From a virus (taxonomy: Duplodnaviria; Caudoviricetes): a DNA stretch of 60,042 nt. The notes under the pieces were generated by a model. The model saw only the letters and a program-made list of their open reading frames with translations. It made no database searches and was not told the origin of the DNA. Positions within the stretch are counted from its first letter, which is position 1, and each line of letters opens with the position of its first letter. A program made the position numbers and the translations under genes. This document shows, one piece after another, positions 55,744 to 60,042 of the stretch. The stretch lies in IMG/VR virus record IMGVR_UViG_3300046028_006424, positions 1 through 60,042 of that record. One strand, given 5' to 3'.

Positions 55744-56253
55744 TCATTTCCTTAGTTTGCTCACCAGTGCCGTCAGCGCCTCGGCCACCGACCCGCTACC
55801 CTTGGCTTGTGCTCCATCGCCGGAAAGATCGTTGTCGAGTTTCATCGCCGCGAGTTTGTCGGGATAGTCGTAGTTGGTGCCGAACTGGGTCTTGCGGATG
55901 CCTGACAGGATGTGACCGTGTGCTATGGGGTCAAATTCCAACGGCTTGAACCGCACGCACTCGGCCAAAAACCGGCGCTTTTCCTCAATGTCCAAGAACA
56001 CGGGCAGCGTGCCGTTTGCCTCTGCCTCCGCGTTGATCGCCTCGGCGCGCACGCGGATGTCGGCTTGCAGTTCAGCAATGCGCTTTGCCACGGCGTGCGT
56101 TGGCTTCATCCAGTGGGACGCAAGATCAGATGCCGTTTTCACCTTCATGCGAGGGTTCACGATCTTGCGGACCAGCGCGGCAAGGCTCTGTGACGGATCG
56201 CGGACATAGGCCAGCGCAAAGGATTCGTAGTGGGCGAGAGTTTCGGCTTTCAT
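55744..56253 (-). CDS. terS: Probable terminase small subunit
   Basis: FALAYV..ASDLAS..VAKRIAELQ..DKLAAMKL; upstream of terL. Confidence 0.7.
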   Translation of the reverse strand: MKAETLAHYESFALAYVRDPSQSLAALVRKIVNPRMKVKTASDLASHWMKPTHAVAKRIAELQADIRVRAEAINAEAEANGTLPVFLDIEEKRRFLAECVRFKPLEFDPIAHGHILSGIRKTQFGTNYDYPDKLAAMKLDNDLSGDGAQAKGSGSVAEALTALVSKLRK

Positions 56254-56771
56254 GCTAATTCGTTGGGTAGATCAGTTTCACCCTGCGGCACACCGCCAAA
56301 GTTGACCAACTCGAAGACCTCGCGCTCCTCCTCAAGGTTGCGAAGCTGCCCCTCGCAGAACTGGATGGGGTAGTGTTTGAATCCCCGCTGCTGCGGCATG
56401 GGCAGCATGGAGTAGGTGATTTCGCCCACCAGTCCGAACCACTCGCCGGGAACGGTCAGATCGTCCTGAAGGAATGCCAGAATTGCTGTCATTCGCTGCT
56501 TGCCGTCAATCACTGCGATGCAGTCGCTTTTTTCCAGCCCCCATGATGCCTTGTCGCTGTTGTAGGATGCGGAGAAACGATCATTGATGATGATGGAAGG
56601 AATTGGCACGCCAAGAAGGATTGAGCGAATCAGATTCCTCTGGCGGATCTGTCCCCACACATCGCCCCGTTGATATGGCGGGGACAGTTCCAGATGGCCT
56701 TCATCATGCCAATAGCGGATGACCTCAATCGGTCTGTTTGTGGCGCTCAAGCGCAGGCGTTCAATTTTCAT
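56250..56771 (-). CDS. DUF262 (GmrS/ParB-like) domain protein
   Basis: PPYQRGDVW, LIRSILLGVPIPSI, VIDGKQRMTAI, FELVN. Confidence 0.88.
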   Translation of the reverse strand: MKIERLRLSATNRPIEVIRYWHDEGHLELSPPYQRGDVWGQIRQRNLIRSILLGVPIPSIIINDRFSASYNSDKASWGLEKSDCIAVIDGKQRMTAILAFLQDDLTVPGEWFGLVGEITYSMLPMPQQRGFKHYPIQFCEGQLRNLEEEREVFELVNFGGVPQGETDLPNELA

Positions 56772-57148
56772 GCTGCTTTTGATGCAAGGATTTGACGGAT
56801 ACGGGTACCAGTGACGCCAAGCCGTGCAGCGTTCTCACTGACGCTCTTGGATGGGTCGATTTGATCGGCGGTGCATTTGCGATAGAAGGAACTGGCATCG
56901 CGGAGTTTACGACCCTGCCTACCGCGTGGCTTCTTGAGTTCCCGGCGCTTGCGGGCCACGATGTAGGCGAGGACTCCCAGTTTTGCGGCAATGGCGTTCG
57001 TCGTCCAATCCCAGTCAACCTTGCTCCACAGGATGCGCTCAAGCTGAACCGTCTCGCATTTGCATGAGCACATGAACGGAACCAGCGGTTTCACACCTGG
57101 CAGGGAGCGAACGCGGGAGCAGTTGGGGCAACGATAGTCAGAGTTCAT
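56768..57148 (-). CDS. Putative DNA-binding protein with two HTH-like repeats
   Basis: TTNAIAAKLGV..IVARKRREL and SVSENAARLGVT..RIRQI. Confidence 0.65.
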   Translation of the reverse strand: MNSDYRCPNCSRVRSLPGVKPLVPFMCSCKCETVQLERILWSKVDWDWTTNAIAAKLGVLAYIVARKRRELKKPRGRQGRKLRDASSFYRKCTADQIDPSKSVSENAARLGVTGTRIRQILASKAA

Positions 57149-57618
57149 GGTGGTATCTTGCCGATGCAGATCGGTTTGAAATGCTGCATGGCGTAGGTGG
57201 CGGGTTGGTTGACGCTGGCAAGCCATTCCTCCATCTGCATTCCCCATAGGGTATGCTCCCAGACTTCGGAGGCTGGCGGGCGAGCGCCTTTCAGTAGCGG
57301 GAAACCATCGGGGACGGTGATTTGCTCGTCTGTCCACGCGGAGATTGTGCCGTAGAACGGGTTCGAGTCATTCGTGACGATGATGCCAAGAACGAGGTAA
57401 CCACGGTACAGGCAGACGGCGTACGTTTCCTGCTCGCCTTCCGACTTCGGCCCAACCATGTGGTGATGTTTCTCGAACTCGCTGAAGAAGTCGAAAACGG
57501 CTTCCGATGGCGCGAGGATGATACTGATTCGCTGTCCTGCTGCCGCTGCGTCTTTCTCTGCCTTGTCCACAAACGAGGCGAACATGTCCAACGCCGTGCC
57601 TTCTTGTGGCTGGCTCAT
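57145..57618 (-). CDS. Hypothetical protein
   Basis: ATGA-coupled at both ends. Confidence 0.7.
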   Translation of the reverse strand: MSQPQEGTALDMFASFVDKAEKDAAAAGQRISIILAPSEAVFDFFSEFEKHHHMVGPKSEGEQETYAVCLYRGYLVLGIIVTNDSNPFYGTISAWTDEQITVPDGFPLLKGARPPASEVWEHTLWGMQMEEWLASVNQPATYAMQHFKPICIGKIPP

Positions 57619-58166
57619 GGCGCGACCTCCTCAACGAGTTCTTCGGCGGGTTCCTCTTCTTTCGGTGCGGCAGCAATGATGACCTGCATCAACGCTGGCG
57701 ACGGCTCAACCTGCGCAGGGCCGCGCCGGGTCAGTTTGATGGCATCGCGTTGCAGCCGTTGCGTGACAAAAACCATGTCCATGCCGTTGCGTACCTCCGA
57801 TGACCACGGGAGCAGCGCAGCGGGATACTCGGTAAACGTGCGCGGCCAGTGCAGCGGGTGACGATCAGCCCAGCCGATGACAACTCCCGCTTCAAAGCCT
57901 GCGTGGCAAAGGATGTGAACCCCGCCGTTCGCGTGTTCAGGAACAGGCAGCCATAGGACGATTGCGAGATTGCCGTTCTCTTTGTAGCGCAGGGATTCGG
58001 CATGCGCCTGAACGAGCTTCGTCCCGAGTTCAGCAGCACGCGCACGGCTCAAGCGCAGCGCCGACCAGCGCGGCAGGCCAAAGAGCACAATGGGAACGTC
58101 ACGCGGGCGCATTGCTGCTTCGCGTAGTTGGTTGAGAAGGTCGGGGCCGGTGGTGTCTGGGTTCAT
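57615..58166 (-). CDS. Hypothetical protein
   Basis: ATG 58166 (MNPDTT); coupled downstream. Confidence 0.65.
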   Translation of the reverse strand: MNPDTTGPDLLNQLREAAMRPRDVPIVLFGLPRWSALRLSRARAAELGTKLVQAHAESLRYKENGNLAIVLWLPVPEHANGGVHILCHAGFEAGVVIGWADRHPLHWPRTFTEYPAALLPWSSEVRNGMDMVFVTQRLQRDAIKLTRRGPAQVEPSPALMQVIIAAAPKEEEPAEELVEEVAP

Positions 58167-58361
58167 CGTTTGACTGGGAAAATGACTCTTGTTCCTCGTT
58201 GAGATGGTGGCAGTTCGGATGCTTGAATAACTCGGAACGTTCCATCTGCCTGCTTTATCATGCCGCATTGAACCGCTGTTTTGATTCCTCATTGCTGAGT
58301 TCATCGACCTGTTTTTTAGGCGACGGCTGATTTTCAATAGCCCACTTTTGCAGGTGCTCGC

Positions 58362-58730
58362 TCATCGTGGGAGGTAGTAGGGAAAGAAAACGTTCGAGTT
58401 CGGGTGCGATAACTGCCAAGACTGGATCAGCATCAAATTTTGCATCTGCCGTTGCGCTGCTTGCTGCCGTGCCTGCTCCGACTGGATGGATTGAATCCGC
58501 AGCGCCTCCATGCGACCGCTGGCGACTGCTGCATTATAGATCGCATGCAGCTTGATGGTAGCCTGTCGCCTTTCCTCATCGGTGGACGTGGTAGACGTGA
58601 GGACAGAGCGGGCGGCGAGAGTGCCAGGCTGAACGCCGGACTCGGCAATGGCTGCACTGATGCAGGTGTCGAGCAAATCGCCCGCCATGGATTGAGCACT
58701 GAACAGGATAATGAAAAGAATCGTTTTCAT
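58362..58730 (-). CDS. Putative secreted/periplasmic protein
   Basis: Signal peptide MKTILFIILFSAQSMA. Confidence 0.6.
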   Translation of the reverse strand: MKTILFIILFSAQSMAGDLLDTCISAAIAESGVQPGTLAARSVLTSTTSTDEERRQATIKLHAIYNAAVASGRMEALRIQSIQSEQARQQAAQRQMQNLMLIQSWQLSHPNSNVFFPYYLPR

Positions 58731-58835
58731 GAGATAGGAATAATTCACGACTTCGATTTACGCAACCGGAAATATATTTTCGCTGATTACACGATTTAAT
58801 TTGCGCGCATTCACGAATTGTGTTTTCATGCAGCC
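58731..58835. promoter_or_regulatory. AT-rich divergent control region between the packaging and early operons
   Basis: Intergenic between divergent ATGs; ATTCACGA repeated at 58743 and 58809. Confidence 0.5.
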
Positions 58836-59249
58836 ATGAGCGAAATTTCACACTGCAACAAATGCGCCTCACTGATGCGTAGCGCCGACCACCGCGACGA
58901 GTCCGTTGAACAAGACGGCATGTGCATCTCCTGCCGCAAGCTGCTGGAGCAATGCCGCGAGGAAGAGGCGACGGCGAGTTTCTGCGAAGGCCGTCCGCGT
59001 CCAATCGCCACATGGTACGCCAACATTATCACCGGCTGCGGATTCAAATACGAGTCCCGCCGCCCCGTTGACATCAACGAAACCTGCCACCGCCTGACAT
59101 ACAGCCATCCCGGTTACTCATTGGAGTTCATGGGGCGCACCGTCACACTTCAGCCGACCAACAAAGACTGGTGCATCGAGTTCTATGTGATGACTCCTGA
59201 AAAACTCGTTCTTTCCGCCATCAAAACCGCACTCGAAACCTCCAAGTAA
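58836..59249 (+). CDS. Hypothetical protein with CxxC pairs
   Basis: CNKC...CISC; first gene of the rightward operon. Confidence 0.65.
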   Translation: MSEISHCNKCASLMRSADHRDESVEQDGMCISCRKLLEQCREEEATASFCEGRPRPIATWYANIITGCGFKYESRRPVDINETCHRLTYSHPGYSLEFMGRTVTLQPTNKDWCIEFYVMTPEKLVLSAIKTALETSK

Positions 59250-59258
59250 TCCTTTCCC

Positions 59259-60042
59259 ATGACCACCACCGACACACCCACCGCTGAAAACACCGCTATT
59301 GCAATCGTCGTCCCTGAAAAGGACCAACTGCCACCGTCCCTCCTGACCAACATTGAAACCGGCTTCAAATCCGCATTCGAGCAAGCGGAGAAGTGGCGCG
59401 TCCAGGCTCTCGCCATCCAAGTTACCAGCCTTGACCAAAAAGCCGAAATGAAGCTGGCCCGCACGATCCGGCTCGAGCTGAAGGCCGTTCGCGTCAACGC
59501 CGACAAGGCGCGCAAGGCTCTCAAAGCTGACGCGCTCCTGATGGGCCGCGCAATTGACGGCGTGTACAATCTGCTTGAAGCGGCAATTGTCCCCATGGAG
59601 CGCCATCTGGACGAACAGGAGAAGTTTGCAGAGCGTCTGGCTGAAGCTGAACGCCTGCGACTCAAGGCTGAGCGCGAATCCGCTCTTTCGCCTTTCCTCG
59701 ATATGACCATAACGATGGCGATTCCTGATTTGTCATCCATGACCGCCGAACAATGGGAGTGCTACCTTGCCGATGCCAAATTGCTGCACAACGCCAAGAT
59801 TGAGCAGGCACAACGCGCCGAAGCTGAACGCATCGCCGCAGAGCAGGCCGCAGCCGCAGAACGTGAGCGCCAGCGCATTGAACTTGAACGCCTGCGCAAG
59901 GAGGCCGTAGAACGTGAAGCAGCCGCGAAAGCCGAGCGCGAGGCCGCAGAGAAAGCGCAGCGTGAAGCAGCAGCAAAGGCCAAGGCTGAACGCGACGCAC
60001 TTGAAGCAGCCGCGAAAGCCGAGCGCGAGGCCGCAGAGAAAG
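59259..60042 (+). CDS. N-terminal part of the coiled-coil phage protein continuing at 1..522
   Basis: ATG 59259, open to the window end; ARTIRLELKAVRV..KARKALKAD..GRAIDG. Confidence 0.85.
   Translation, partial: MTTTDTPTAENTAIAIVVPEKDQLPPSLLTNIETGFKSAFEQAEKWRVQALAIQVTSLDQKAEMKLARTIRLELKAVRVNADKARKALKADALLMGRAIDGVYNLLEAAIVPMERHLDEQEKFAERLAEAERLRLKAERESALSPFLDMTITMAIPDLSSMTAEQWECYLADAKLLHNAKIEQAQRAEAERIAAEQAAAAERERQRIELERLRKEAVEREAAAKAEREAAEKAQREAAAKAKAERDALEAAAKAEREAAEK
59916..60042. repeat. Terminal direct repeat identical to 1-127
   Basis: Exact match. Confidence 0.85.

Noticed and set aside
58163-58365. Two tiny coupled minus-strand ORFs (MSEHLQKW.. and MIKQADG..) or one frameshifted gene
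   Set aside because: Too short to decide without homologs
1-60042. Integrase, att site, DNA polymerase, PurZ, reverse transcriptase/DGR
   Set aside because: No matching motifs recognised in any ORF

Overview
Apparently complete ~59.9 kb tailed dsDNA phage genome, podovirus-like and GC-rich. Bases 1-127 equal 59916-60042, which is probably an assembly overlap, although it falls inside an 87-bp tandem repeat. Layout: (1) rightward early operon from 58836 across the join to ~10960, with SSAP and RecE-like exonuclease, ASCH, VRR-NUC, LexA-like HTH, replication initiator with iterons, DnaC-like loader and a C5 DNA methyltransferase; (2) short leftward operon 13477-11128; (3) rightward virion region 13727-51196, with a ~5850-aa polyvalent DarB-like protein, portal, tail/lysis/glycosylation genes, scaffold, major capsid, tail proteins and CHAP endolysin; (4) leftward operon 58730-51211, with TerS, a broken GIY-YIG endonuclease, TerL and a Mom-like DNA-modification enzyme. 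No integrase, CRISPR array or canonical tRNA was seen. Most notable: a 76-nt tRNA-Gly(UCC)-like element with CCA end inside the 5' coding region of the Mom-like gene; a C5-MTase frame that stays open across a nested endonuclease and a nested second subunit, flanked by a diverged duplication; an overprinted ORF and a recurring L-x-[AQ]-[PN]-P motif in the giant protein; and a TerL with a second degenerate nuclease domain. All family assignments come from motif recognition by eye, not database searches.
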